A stretch of DNA of 64,000 nucleotides from Klebsormidium nitens (lineage: Eukaryota; Plantae; Klebsormidiophyceae), in the NCBI GenBank assembly GCA_000708835.1, contig DF237401.1:12166-76165 (forward strand). The letters are read 5' to 3'. This document shows positions 39,800 through 52,512 of this stretch, piece by piece (positions within the stretch are counted from its first letter, which is position 1; every line of letters begins with the position of its first letter). The notes under the pieces were generated by a model. It was not told where the DNA came from. It saw only the letters and a list, made by a program, of their open reading frames with translations, and ran no database searches. Both the position numbers and the translations under genes were made by a program.

Positions 39800-40823
39800 T
39801 CTTACCCAACGAGAGCAAAATCCCACACAACAAACCACTCGATGGAATCAGGTACCGCCGAGTTGGAACAATGAGGTCCCGTACTCCCCAGCTTGTTAGC
39901 TGCTTTCACAAAGCAGTCTCGGAAACTGACACCTTCACCGCCCTGCCTGATGCTCTTTATCCAGGCACCAGAAGCCCTAGAGCGCAGCCAATTGCGAGAC
40001 GCAACGGCATCCAACCAGCAACGTCAAGTGATGCAAGCTCCGCTGGGAGCTTGACCTAGAGCTGCAGTCCGACCCTGGGCCTCCGACCCTCGAGACTGCA
40101 GGCTCAGCAAAGTTTCTGGTCTAGATTTTCGAAGGAGAAGATTCTTCGCACTTTTTGCTCGTATTGCTCTGTACGCGCTTCGCCTTCTGGCTACTTTTGG
40201 CCGTCAGATCGTAGCATCGGACCGCGAAGATGGCATGAAAAGCCGTACAACCCTACAGCACCTTTATAACTCATGCGTACTGGCCGTGCTTTTTGAGTAG
40301 CAAATCAAAGCTCTCCCTTTTACCAGCGTGGCAGACCTGTGCTATCCAATTTGGCAGATCTTTTTGTGAGCATTCCAGCGTTCTGGGATCGACGCGCGTG
40401 GCTGCGCGAGCAGTCGCAATGTGAAGCGCCACCCGGCCGCCCGGCCGCCCGGCCGCGGTGGAGACGGCCACACGCGCACCAGCCTAGGCTCTGCCATGCT
40501 CTGCCACCACCTATACCGTATGTAGCCTTAGGTACATTGCTAGCTGGAGCCGGAAGCAGAGCTGCAATTTGTTCCTGGGGCCGTAGCAGACAATGCAATG
40601 CGGGCTGGAGCAAGGCGCAGCTCTTCTGCAAGACTGCAAGTAGAAAAGCGCATGGTGCCTAGCTAGATTCTGGTTTGGTGGTGCAATTTCATTTGTGGCC
40701 GGAAGCACTGACCAGTTTGTCTTCAGGAAATCTGCGCTTATTAGCAGGTTCCCGACCTCCTGAATTTGTGTAGGAGAAGCTAAGTTGTGAGATCTGCATA
40801 GTTGAGCGTGGATTGAGTAAACC

Positions 40824-43800
40824 ATGATGGCAGACTATGATCGAGAAATCGAGGATCTGAAAGCACTCGTCACAAAGGCGCTTGAGAAGAAAGGCGTCCT
40901 ATCTAAAATCCGAGTAAGGCCCAATCTGGACTCAATATAGAAGATGTGAATCTATGCCTGTGGGATAGCAAGTCCCTCTCCATGCCATGGTACCCTTAAA
41001 AACAACGGAAATCTTAGGACCCCTACAAGCAGGCCATGGTCAAGCACATGGTAATGCTGTGGCTGGTAACTCGTGTGGACAGTGCTCAATGCCACATTTG
41101 TCTAGCATGAACTCAATGCAAATCTTCCAGATAGCAACGTGTGTTGAAGTGGACATTCACCTTCTAACTGAACATGGTGTACATTGTCTTTCTGCTGCTG
41201 GTAAGTTACATACGTCCTGAGTTGCATACCTAAGCGTCCCGCCATGATAGCCACAATTCAGCCCCAGAGACTTTGCGGTCCATTTGTTGTCTTCACAGGC
41301 GCAGCTCCGAGCTAGTGTTTTCCAAGCAATAGAGGAGCAGGATAAGGTGTCAGAAGAGAACGGGGAAGAGACGGCCATCGTGGGCGGCTGCAGTAAGCAG
41401 GCTAAGGAGTTACACAACACTCCGTCAGGTGAGAAGCAGCCTTCAGGGTGCTCGGTAGGTGTGCTCCAGTGCAGCTGTTGGGGTCCACAACAAGACACAT
41501 GGGTTGGGCTGACTTGGTAGCAAATGCTGTGTTTGATAACTGGCACCTTCATAGAGAGCCGACGCGCATCTCAGTGCTGTTGCTGCTTTGTGTAGGCGTC
41601 ACTTTTCAATTACGCAGTCAAAGCGGCGCTGATTCCAAATAAGCTCTGAAGTTGCGAGTTTGGAATGTGCGTATGCGGCCAGAGCGGAACTCATCCTTCC
41701 TGAATGGAGCACGCATACAAGTACCTCCATGCAAGCTGAAACGCAACCCCAAGTTAGATTAGGTTCTTGACTGCGCCATGTATGTATCTGAAGGTAGTTT
41801 GAGACCTCACTTCATTGTCTGTGCAGGGCGGTTGTTGTCTGGCCTCATTTTGGAGTACTTTGAATGGGCGGAGCTGGACCATACTGTCCAGATCTACCTT
41901 CCGGAAGCCAACCTAACTGATAGCGGCGCAAGTCGCGCGCAACTCGCAGACTCACTGGGCCTAGGACATGCGGCCAAAAGCAACGAACGACCCCTCTTAC
42001 TAGAGCTCATTGAAGCGAGGGTAAGCGAGCCTGGCCAACGCAGAGGTTTTCTACTTTATTTCCTTGTTGTCAAATACCAGCTGGCGACAAGAGACAAGGA
42101 GCTTGGCTGAGCGGCCTCAATTGGTTCTGCTTCATCCCCGAAGCCGCAGTACTATCGGACTCAACATGAATGGGGCATAGCGTGTATAAGCCCAAACCAA
42201 CCTGTGGTATGGACCGCAGATCGAGATTGGTATGGCTCTCGTAAGGCTCCTCATAAAGGTTTGACCTTGAGTGCAGCAAGACGTCAACTGTGAGAAGGAG
42301 ATTGCATAAGGGCGGCCAGGGGTTTTGGTAATGAATTAATCAAAGTGGACGCGCATTGGGGCACCATTCTTGCCTGCTTCATTGGAACACTGAGAGGAAT
42401 TGGCTCGTGATTGCTGTGCAGCGGTCGCAGGACGCCCCGCGCTCGTCATCCCCCACCACCAACTCCTTTGCACCACCCACCTCGTCCAGCAGACTATCTG
42501 CAGCGGAGACAATGGCGGCTACATCTCCTTACGGCTCGTCTCCTTATGGCCCTACGCCCTCAGGCACAGGCAGGACGCGAGATGGCGCGCCGGATACCAA
42601 CGAGCACAGCCGACCGCAAAGCCCTGCCAAGAGGTGGGACCAGCAGACCTGCAAACATCAAAAAAGTCAACATAGATACCATTCTCCACTCTCTGCTTTG
42701 CATCTAGCGTATTGATGTCGAGTATGGGTTTGCTTTATCAGGTCACCGCGACTTGAGAGGATCCTACTTGCCCTCCATATTGTGCCGTTGATTCGTATAA
42801 CCCTTGACCTTTGATAACCAGAACCGCCAGGTATCATAGTTTCACTGTAGAATTTCTTTGCTTTTGACGATGCATTGACTTTATGAGCCATAGGACTCGG
42901 CATACTGAAAAAGTTGACCTCTGGAAGATTGTTGAAGGTTCTTACTCGAGACTTAGAATAATGACCTGTCGTCTGGGCCAAGGGTTCAAACAGTCAAGGC
43001 TTCCTATGGGTGTCTTCCTTTAGATGCGCCGCCTGCTCTGACAAGCCCAACCTTTTCTGCTAGCCACAGGTACGAGTCTCCTCCGTCCCCTAGTAAAGTC
43101 CCCACTGCCGCCGCCTTCTTCACCAGCTCCATCCTGGCAAGCGAAATCTCGCCGGGTAAACCTGGTGAGTCGCCAGTTCAGGAAGGGGGGTCGCGAGGTG
43201 CCTCTGGCTCGTTTGGCTCGCTCAACAGGTGTAGCAAAGCTGTGATTGTAAGTTCGAGGCGCTCATCAGCCCCATACGACGCTCGATCAGCCGCAAACCT
43301 TATCTGCTTTCTAGACAAGAAGAATCCCCTTGCGAGGCATCCTCCTGGCGAACATGGAGGGTTTTGCGTGGACAGTACGCACGATGAACCCGTCTCTGCT
43401 TTCAAAATCTCATTCTGGGCTCGATCTGCAATTCACCTTCTACCGCAGTTTCACATTCTCTCGCCTCTCCCATCCCGCCTCTTGCCGGATTGATATCTTC
43501 CCCCTCGCAATTCCGTCTCCCTCCCCGCTCACACTTCCCCCCTCTGCCCCAACCACAGCCAGCCCCGCCGCGGCTTTCTCCGATCCGCCCACGAGCTCCC
43601 CCCGTGAAGCGGACCAGCGGAGCTTGCTGGGCGCCCTCCCCCCCCTGCACAAGCAAGCCTTGCCCGCGCTCGGAAGCAGGCGGTACGCCGGTCTCGCACC
43701 GCTGCGGGCCAGCCAGGACGAGCCGGCCACTGCGGGTCACGGCGCATCGGGGCAGGCACCGTCGTCAGAAGAAACATGTAAGTGCGAGGCAGCCACGTTG

Positions 43801-44881
43801 ATCCCTGGCTTGCCAAACTGCAGTGCTAGGCGGCTTGAAAAGTTGCAGCAGTCGGTGTGACGACTGGGTCGGGAGCATGGGTTTAGTTCGAAACGAACTT
43901 GCGCACCGAGGCTCACATGTTCGAGTCGCCGCAACTCGAAAAAGGTGGCGATCGATGTGGTCTCCGACCACCTGCTCGTTGAAATCCTTGATTTGACATC
44001 CCAATACATATACTTGCCTGATATGCATGTCCTGCAGTCGTAAAGACGGTTTTAATGAATGTTTTACGAAAGGTCCTACACGAACATAGATGCTTCTGCA
44101 TGGTATTTTTGTCGAGAGTGTCGACCAAAAACAGCTCTTGCCGCTGCAACACACATCCACAACACCGTCGTTGTGTTGAGGAAGCAGGCATCTGTCCCCC
44201 GTGCTCACGCGGGGGACTTTTTTGAACCCTCTGTCCGGATTCGCAGCCTCTCCCGTGATCACGAGCGCCAGGACGCGCCGGTCGAGCAGCGAGTCGGAAG
44301 ACAGCCCCAGGGGAAGCCCCGGGCGGCAGCTAGACAGGCCCGCCACGCCCAGCGAAGAAAGGTGAGCCCCCGAGGGAGCACTCCTTTACAAGTCCGTTGG
44401 ATCTTGCCCAGGGTCTTTCTGAGGGACGCTTCTGGGGGACGGGAGTTTCTGGTGTTTCACACGGGCGGGAGAAGAAGGCTGGCGGAGATTGGGAGCGGAG
44501 GACTCGGAAACAATGAAGCTGTCTGAATTGTTCGATGATTTGCTGCATGCGGGTTTCCTTGGGGCCGAGAGGACAGCCCAGGGTCAGCCTTTTCTTTCCA
44601 CAAAAATTCATTGGTCCGATCAGCTTGCGAGCATTTCAAAACGCGTTTTGAGAAGACGGTCTCACGTTCGATCGGACCCAAAGTCCTTTCGAATTTGACT
44701 ATCCTTCTTTTGGGCATCTTTGGCGTCTGGGTTCGGCTTGGGCGTTGGGTGTTGCAAAGAAAGGAACCCAACGCCTTGGATAGACTTCCGCTTTTAGCTT
44801 ATTGGAAACAGTTGTGTTGGCAGGGACATTTCGGAAGAGATCGAGGAGGAAGAGCTCTCTGTGGAGGCGAGTGACCTCTCG
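40824..44881 (+). CDS. TON1: TONNEAU1 / FOP (FGFR1OP, CEP43) homologue with an extended tail; last exon(s) unresolved beyond 44881
   Basis: Exons: 40824-40913, 41299-41428, 41827-42020, 42422-42633, 43070-43164, 43559-43777, 44247-44361, 44824-44881 (phases consistent). The N-terminus MADYDREIEDLKALVTKALEKKGVLSKIRAQLRASVFQAIEE...HNTPSGRLLSGLILEYFEWAELDHT (TOF+LisH) and the PLL motif PLLLELIE match recalled TON1. The 3' exons are less certain. Confidence 0.88.
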
Positions 44882-45250
44882 GTAGGCAGCCAACCGCAGG
44901 CGAAGTCTAACGAGCCGCTTGTCCGAAAGTGAGTCATGCTGCATGGGGCCCCTGCTCGCTTATTAGGAGTCATTGTTCAAAGCGAAACCTAGGGGTATTT
45001 GCAAACGACCGACCTTTGTGTTTACAGACCGTTTGGACTAAGTCGAACGGTATGTGCTTTGTGTTGCAAGAACACGTCAACGATTATTATCAAAGTCAGC
45101 CAGGTATACTTGGCGAGGTTCCTCTTTATAATGCATGCAGCGGTTCTGGAACTTAAACTTGAATCCAGGTGAGCGTTGGTTGCGAGGTTCTGAGGTCTCC
45201 GAAGCAGCCAAAAGCCAACGCGCTTTAGCCAAGTCTTTCGCCCCTGATTT

Positions 45251-45282
45251 CGGTGCAACCGATAGCCGGTGCAACCGATAGC
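45251..45282 (+). repeat. Exact 16-bp tandem duplication (CGGTGCAACCGATAGC)x2
   Basis: Read directly; lies in the unresolved 3' region of TON1. Confidence 0.9.
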
Positions 45283-46887
45283 CCTGGCCTGTGATACATT
45301 CGAACATGAAGACGAACGGATGCCAGGTAGTCAAGTTTTAGCTGGAGTGGCGGTTGCGATTGTACCTGGGGGCATGCAGAGAAGCCGACGACATTCATAT
45401 GCCCACTCCAGTGCCGCCTATGATCATGCAAAATCTGGTCTGGAATGTGGCATAATCTATGCGCAATAGAACGGCTAGCACCCCTTCTTGTGATTGGCGG
45501 TCTCGAGCAATGCCGTGAAGAATGTTCGGTGCTCGCAAATCATCATTTTAACAGCGGCCTAGGCAGAGCAATACGGAGTCGCGGATCTGGCAAAGTTATG
45601 ATCGTAAGTTCAGCCCGGCACTAGACTGAGCAGACTTGATGTACCTATAAGAAAGATACTTAGGACGGCCAGGGCGCGCTGCCGAGCTCCAGTGGAATTC
45701 CAAAAGCTTTTGTTGATTGCACGAAGTAGGCTGGTGGGGTGCAGACACTTGCTGCACAACGTCACGATATTTTTTTGGACGCGCAAGTGACATCATCGCA
45801 TTCAATCATGACGTATACAGTACTGCCGCCTCATGGCGCAGGTGTGGGCCCGCCCGTACATGGAGATGAATCCATGAATTAACCGCGCTGTAAGTTGCGC
45901 GCTGGCCCGCATTTGGCTAGCTATCATGCAGACATGTCGAAGATGAGCTAGCATGGCCGGCCCATGGCGGCACAAACACGCTTGCGGATATCGTAAATAC
46001 ATGTACCGAGGCGTCGGAAGTAATCTACCTTATATACACAACAACGTTTCATGTGCATGCAACCGTTGCCTTGATATGATGCTCGATTCTGCGAAAAACC
46101 ATATATGCATGACAGGGTGTTTATCTCATTGACATCTTGGCTTCTGGAAACGGTTCATTTTGCGATCGAGCATTGAACATGTTCGTCCGACGGATCTGAC
46201 AAATAAAGCCGGCCAGGTCCGCCGCACTTAATGGGTCCCGCACCGCTCCGTTTTCAACAATGTCTGTATCACTTTGCAAGCACACACGCAGATATTGCTA
46301 TGTCGGCGGCGGGTCGAATCAATCTCTCAAGCAACTTGGGCGCTGGCATGCGAGCTTCCGACAATAAGAGCCGCGCTTCTCCTGGCTGAAACCTTTTTGA
46401 TGGCAGACTTCTCTGCCGTTGGGACACTCAAAGTTCGTTGAAGTATCATGATTCTAATGACTAGCGGCCTGCAACGGCACACGCTTTCCACCCCAATCCA
46501 CGCTTTGGTCGCAAGATTTCTATAATGACCGAGACCGGATGAGGCCCGGCTGGATCGAATCGATTGGATTGTGAGCTACAGTACAAATAGCAAGATCGGT
46601 TCCGTGTAGACTGGGGATTCGACCCTTCCGATCCAAGAGCCTGGAGAAAGGCTGCAGTTGTAAGGTCCGCTATACCGGCCCAGGCTCCGCACGTGCGGCA
46701 CTATCGAAACCCACCAGGGTAAAGAAGATGAATTCTTCCTGAAGTTGGAGGATTCACCTCTTGAAAGAACTCAACATGCAGATCAGTATCGATTATAGCA
46801 TCGCAATGCTTCACAAAAGCTGCACAAGGAACCTGCTTTGCTGACCCCCGTCTTTCTCTAGCCTACTCTATCTCCGTCCTCTCCCTC

Positions 46888-49800
46888 TCATCTGCTGCTG
46901 GCCCCCTTATACGACGACCGCCAGGGCCCCTTGGTCGCTCTCTCGGGGGAGCCCAGAAGCGACGGCCCCTTCTCGCTCATCGAGTACGACGCCGCGCGCC
47001 CGGACACCGACTGGTGCCGCCGCTTGACCACCTCCGGGCCGCCCTTTGATGGCGTCATGCTGGGCGTCACCTTCCCGGTGCTGGCCGCCCGCGAAACCCG
47101 GCGGTTCTGCGCGCCATACTTGTGCTTGTACGCCTGGAACGCGGCCGCTAGCGTCTGCTCCTTCCCGTACGCGCCGTCGTCTTCCTCAGCGTCCGTGTCG
47201 CTCGTGATCAGCGCGTCGTCGGTCGCCGCCTGCTCCGTTCCGCCGTTCGCTTCCGTTCCGCTGTTCCAGCTGCGGGTGCTCGACTGGTCAAAGCTGACCT
47301 CAGACGCGAGGCCCCCGGGCAGGCTCTCAATCCTGCTGGCCGGGCTGTCCATGTTCTTCGGTTCGGGGGCGAGCCACGCTGGCAGAGTTGGCATGTTCTG
47401 CTCCGCTCGAGTGGCGCTTTCCGCCCGGCTGGGACGGGCGGAACGGCCCTTACCGGCGGCTTCCTCGTAGTAGATCTCCGTGTCCTGCCGCTCCAATTCG
47501 AACTTGCTCGCTTTTGCAACTTGGGCATGCTCCTCGGAAGCCACGTGTACGTTCCTGATTGGCTCCATCTTCACGACCGCCTCGCTCTCCTTCTCCGCTT
47601 GCTGGACCTCGAAGGCGGCAGCCGCGGGTGCCTTCGTCGCGCTCCGCTTTCGGCGTTCTGCCCGGAGCTTCTCGTAGCTCACGATCTGGCTCATCACCTT
47701 CTCCATGCTCGCGAGCTTGGGCGCCAGCCGGTCCTCGATCGCGCGCGCGCCCGCGACCTCCACGTCATGCTTGCTGATCACCCGGATCTCCGCCCACGTC
47801 GTCTCTACCTTGGGCGCGCCGCTCTTCGCGTTCGCCGCGGCGGCGAACGGGTTCGGGGTGCCGTGGCCGCTGCTGACGTCATGGCTGACGTCGACCTTCT
47901 TGTCCTGGACGTCCGCCCCGCGGCCGCCCCCAAGGAGCTGCTCCACAGCGGTCCGTTTCGCGGGCGCTTGCGACGCTAGTGGTGCCACGTCATCATCCTG
48001 CACGTGCACGGTCAAGCCCCCCGCTCCCGCCCGGTACGACACGGTCCGGCTCTTGCCCGCCTTTCCGGACTGGGCTTCCGACCCCTGGTGCGAACCGGGG
48101 CCAGTCGGTGGCAGCGTCGCTTCTCCAGAACGAGAGTTCCCCCTCGCTGAACCTGAGCTGATTCGCCGGGTGTTAACGGGCCCGCTGTTTTGGGTCTGCT
48201 TGACGCCCTCCTCTTCGACGTCCCCGTTGGAACCGTCCTCGTCTTCCTTACCCCCCGCCTTAACCAGCTCTTTCAGCTCCCTTAACCGCCGCAACTCCCG
48301 GTCAATCGCTTTCCGATCTTCCGCCAGCGTCGTGTCTTTCTCCACTGCGCCCCGGCCCACCTCTTCTAGCTGGCGCCTCAGCCGCTTCATCATCGAACGG
48401 CAGGGCTTGCCCGCCTGCTGGGAATCGACGGTCAGGTACGCTTCGGCCAGGTTTGCGGCCAGCCAGCCGCCGCCCACCAGAGTGCGCAGCTTGGAAAGTT
48501 GCACCTCTAGTTCGCCCACTCTGAGGGCAGTCGAACGGTCCCCGGCCTCAGAGCGGAGTGCGGCTAGCTCCTTCTTCAGAAGCTCCAGCTCCTGCGGAGA
48601 TTGTGCAATTCGAGTCTGAAATACAATCTTGCACATCAAGGCGTCCGCTCTGCTTCGATTGAAGAAGATTCATGGATGCAAGCCTTGTGGGGATGCTTCA
48701 TAAAACCCGCAGATAGATATCGCTCACAGATTGCCAGTGTGAGATCGGTCATTACGACGTAAACGAGACTCTCCCGAATTGCAGGTCGAAGTATCGGTTC
48801 AGGCGCTCAGTTACACCATTGCGAAGTTCAATTCTCTGCGGAAGTTTTGCAATATGAAGGAAGCAAACGTAATTTCGCCCCGTCTTTCCAAACGCCACCT
48901 GTTTCGTTAAAGCATAATCTCACAACATCTTTTTCAGAAAATTTCCGGGCTTCCGCGCCGTTCAGAAGATGAAGAATCAACAGATAAAAGCGAGAGTGTT
49001 GCTCATCACGCGCACCTGTGCGGCCTGCCCATTCCTGCGACTTTCGCGTCCTTCCGACTGAATGTCTGCCTGCCCTTTGCGCTCGGCGGCCGCGTTCGGG
49101 TCTCCGCTGCGCGCGGCCGCCACCTCCAATCGAACCGCCAGGGTTTGCGCTTGCAATCTGAATCCAGAAGGGCTGGATTTAAGAATTTGTCTTACTATGA
49201 TTGAGACTCGTTCCGACTGATCCACACAAAACAATTCTGCTTCTCGAGCGTTCGAAGAAAGCCAGAAAATTTGTGTCAAGACCTGAAAAAGTGGTAGAAA
49301 GAGATTTTGAAACGACCCCAGTGCATCGATGCTCGCAAAGCTTTCTGAACAACGATGGGCCACACGTCTGGGCTGGACAACTCAAGACTCAGCAACGAAA
49401 ACGTTTTTCTGGAGACCAGCGACTGAGTTGCGTATAGAATCTTGATTTCCTGTCTTTCTATCAAAGCGTCAGCTATACATCCGGTTTTCACCTGAGGTCG
49501 GCGATCTCGTCCTGCAGCTTCTGCTTTTCGGTCTCGTGCGCGCCCTTCTCCTGCTCAAACGCTTCCTCCACCGCGCGCAGGCTTGTCAGCATTTCTCCGC
49601 TCTTCCGATCATATTCCGCCAGCAGTTCCGCCCGTACGTCGGTGAGATCCTTCCGCTCTTTTTCCAGGCGTTCCGTTCCGTTCCGCTTCTCCTCCTCAAG
49701 CGCCTTGGCCGCAAGGGCGCCCGCGGCAGCGGCGTCGGCGAGCTGCTCGCGCATTTTCGCGAGCTCGTACTCGGACTCGGCCGCCCTCTTCGCTTGGGCG

Positions 49801-52512
49801 TCCGCCTGCGATTGAGAGACCAAGTGTCATCTCCCGAGTTTTCATTTCCACGTTTGCATAAATTGCAAGAGAAAGTCCGTTGGGTTAGGAATTAGCTTCA
49901 TAAACGAAGAGGATTGGATGGGAAGTACGTTGGGCTTTGGCCCGCTAATTGAGCATTTCTCGCCAAGCATAGCATCTTCGCGTGGTCGTTGCAGGTGAAA
50001 AGATTTCAACATCTTCATCTCGTTCGAAGGGTACGTAGAGAAGGGCGCCATGGTGACCGCCATCTGCGGCAAGCACGGCGCTCTCCATCAGCGGAAAAGA
50101 GGATATGAGACGAGCTCGTGGCATCGGGTTTGAGGGCTTTGGCGGCGCCCACCTGCGCGACGGCGGCCTTGAGGTCGCGCTCCACTTTGAGCCAGCGGTC
50201 CTGCACGTCCGCCTGCTGCCGGTTGACCCGCGCCTCCATTTCGTCGCGCTGCTGCTTCAGCAACCCCTCGTACGCGTTCGTCAGCTCAACCCTGCGCGCA
50301 CCGCGAAACACAAGACTCAGAGCGGCTGTTAAGAATTTTCCGCAGGGCTTTCAGACTGGGCCACGGAACTCAAGCTTGTTCCTCTTCGTTTGGGTGCGAG
50401 CTTTCCTGGTTCCTGCCAGGCTTTGGATACGTTTCGTGTCTGATTTCTAGGTGGCTCCATCCGCATCAGCGCGCCGTTTCGTGCCAGCAAATGCGAGGAT
50501 TCATGTCCAAGTAATTCACAGCACCCGTGAATTCGTGCTCGCAGCTTTAAGCGCCAGAACGCGCCATGGGGATTTCATTGCAGACGGCCGCACCTGCGTG
50601 CCTCGGTCTCTTGGTCTTTAGCATCCAGCTGGCGCTGCATCTGCTTCTCGAAGCGGCGCGACTCGTGCAGCAGGGCCGCCTCCACGATGCGCGCCACCGA
50701 GGTCTGGTCCTCCTCGGCATCCTGAGAAGCACAAAAGCAAGATGAGTGCTAAAACGCAAGGTAACAGGTTCAATCCTGGCGGAGTCGACTTGTTGAATGC
50801 ACGCAACACAACCACGCAGAAACGGATCAACGATCTTAGAGACGAGGATTTCGCAAATGCAGACCCTGGAGGGCCACTTAGAACCAGAAACGAAACAACA
50901 GGCTTACACATCAAGGACCAAGTGGATCGACAAAACTACATGAAGCTGTCTACATGGACTAGGAATCGGTGTTCCCTAGCAGTGCTGCTTTGGGTCCGCA
51001 TCCACCAGATATTGGCCTTGAGAAACAGCTTCAGAAAGTCCCTCGATTGGTTCTGTAAGACTACGTCCGCGCCCGGATGGGAAGTACGTAAATAGAGACC
51101 TACAGAGAGCCAAAAAGGCGACGCACCTGCAGCCTCTGAGTCAGGTCGTGCACGGTCTTCTCCAGTGCGGTCGCCTTGGCAGGAGGAGACGGTGTCGTCC
51201 CCGGTCGAGCCGTAAACACGACGTTACTCTCAGACTGCCGCCGGTCCCTGCAAGCCAATGGGAACACTTAAGAGCCTGCAGGCTTCTCTAACAATGAGTA
51301 ATCTGTCAGCACATCCTCAGCATAAGGTTCCTCGTTGATTGACAAAGCCACTCTTTAGAGCGCCTTAGCAAGTGCAGCTTCTCAGGGACAAATGTAACCC
51401 AACTTTTACCCCAGAAGATACCAAAGTAGATTGGCCAATGATCCGCCAGGGCAAGATGAAACGAGAGAAGTTTGAGACAGAGCATTCAGGTATGCCACTA
51501 TGTCGACGCTCCTGCCCCTCTCACCTAGCCACGGGTGTGTTCTGCAGCTCAGCCACCTTCTCCTCAAATCGCGCCAGCTCCGCATCCCGCTCCGTGAGCA
51601 GCTGCAGGTGGTACTCGAAGTTCTCCTGCAGCTTGGCCAGCTTGCGATTGGCCTGCGCGACCTCCTCCTCCTTGGCGCGCAGCATCGCCTCGCACCGCCG
51701 CACGCGGTACTCTCCCAACTCGGAACGCTCCTTCTCCTGTAAGAAGAGGGGAGTTCGCATTTAAGGAAGCAGGGGCTGGGCTACTTTTCTAAAAGTGAAG
51801 GCGAAAAGGCGGTGTCTGGACGATGGGTGATGCAGTGGAAGACTTGGAGGGCTTACTTTGGAAGAGGGTTACTTTGTAGCTTGGAAGCTGCTATACCAGG
51901 TAATGCTCTGTGCAGAGCACGAAGTCGAGTTTTTGTAAGGATGGTAAGTATGACGTTGAGATCTTCTGATTTTCAGTTACGGAAGCTGCTTTCAAACTAA
52001 AAATGGACAAAGAATGGTAAGTGCGCATGCCGAAATGATCTGCCAAATACAGGTGAATCCCTTCTTTCCCTTCTGCAGAATAGCATTCTCATTGAACGTT
52101 CTTTTCTTCTTTGCAACACTTCCCTCACGTTACGCATGGAATGATGTCAGTAGGTGTCAGTAGTGCCGATTGGAGTATTGCCAGATAAGTACTGCAAAAG
52201 TCACTACGCTCTCAAGAACGTTCACAAGCTCTGGAAAAATGGCAGGATCAGCATTCCTCCAGAACTTTCCTACAGTTCATCATTGGTAACATGGTACAAG
52301 AGCTCAGCATTGTTGATCGGTGCTTCAGCAAAGACATGAGGCGACAGCTTTCAATCTGCCTACAGACGAACTCTCTAGTCCTTTCAAGGTTGCTCTCCTT
52401 GATAGCATTGCTGTGCAAAATCAAAGTCTGCTGTTGTAAAGCTTACCGCAGACAAGACAAGCTGCCGGATGGGCGAGGTAACACCCTTTCGTGGCGCCCA
52501 TTTGTCCTCCAT
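46888..52512 (-). CDS. CCDC57-like coiled-coil (centrosomal) protein, ~941 aa
   Basis: Exons (-): 52512-52447, 51736-51525, 51247-51127, 50721-50594, 50291-50153, 49805-49492, 49157-49016, 48591-46888 (2826 nt, all GT-AG). IRQLVLSAEKERSELGEYRV...KLAKLQENFEYHLQLLTERDAELARFE resembles the recalled CCDC57 N-terminus (LQEDFVYNLQVLEERDLELERYD). The gene structure is solid; the family call is moderate. Confidence 0.75.

Noticed and set aside
43242-43493. ORF segment SAANLICFLDKKNPL as the land-plant TON1 C-terminal motif
   Set aside because: Similarity is weak and the segment falls within the intron 43165-43558 of the phase-consistent model.
43765-44611. Minus-strand ORFs (193 aa, 93 aa) as a separate gene
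   Set aside because: Plus-strand splice sites at 43559-43777 and 44247-44361 are phase-compatible TON1/FOP exons; the minus ORFs show no recognisable motif.
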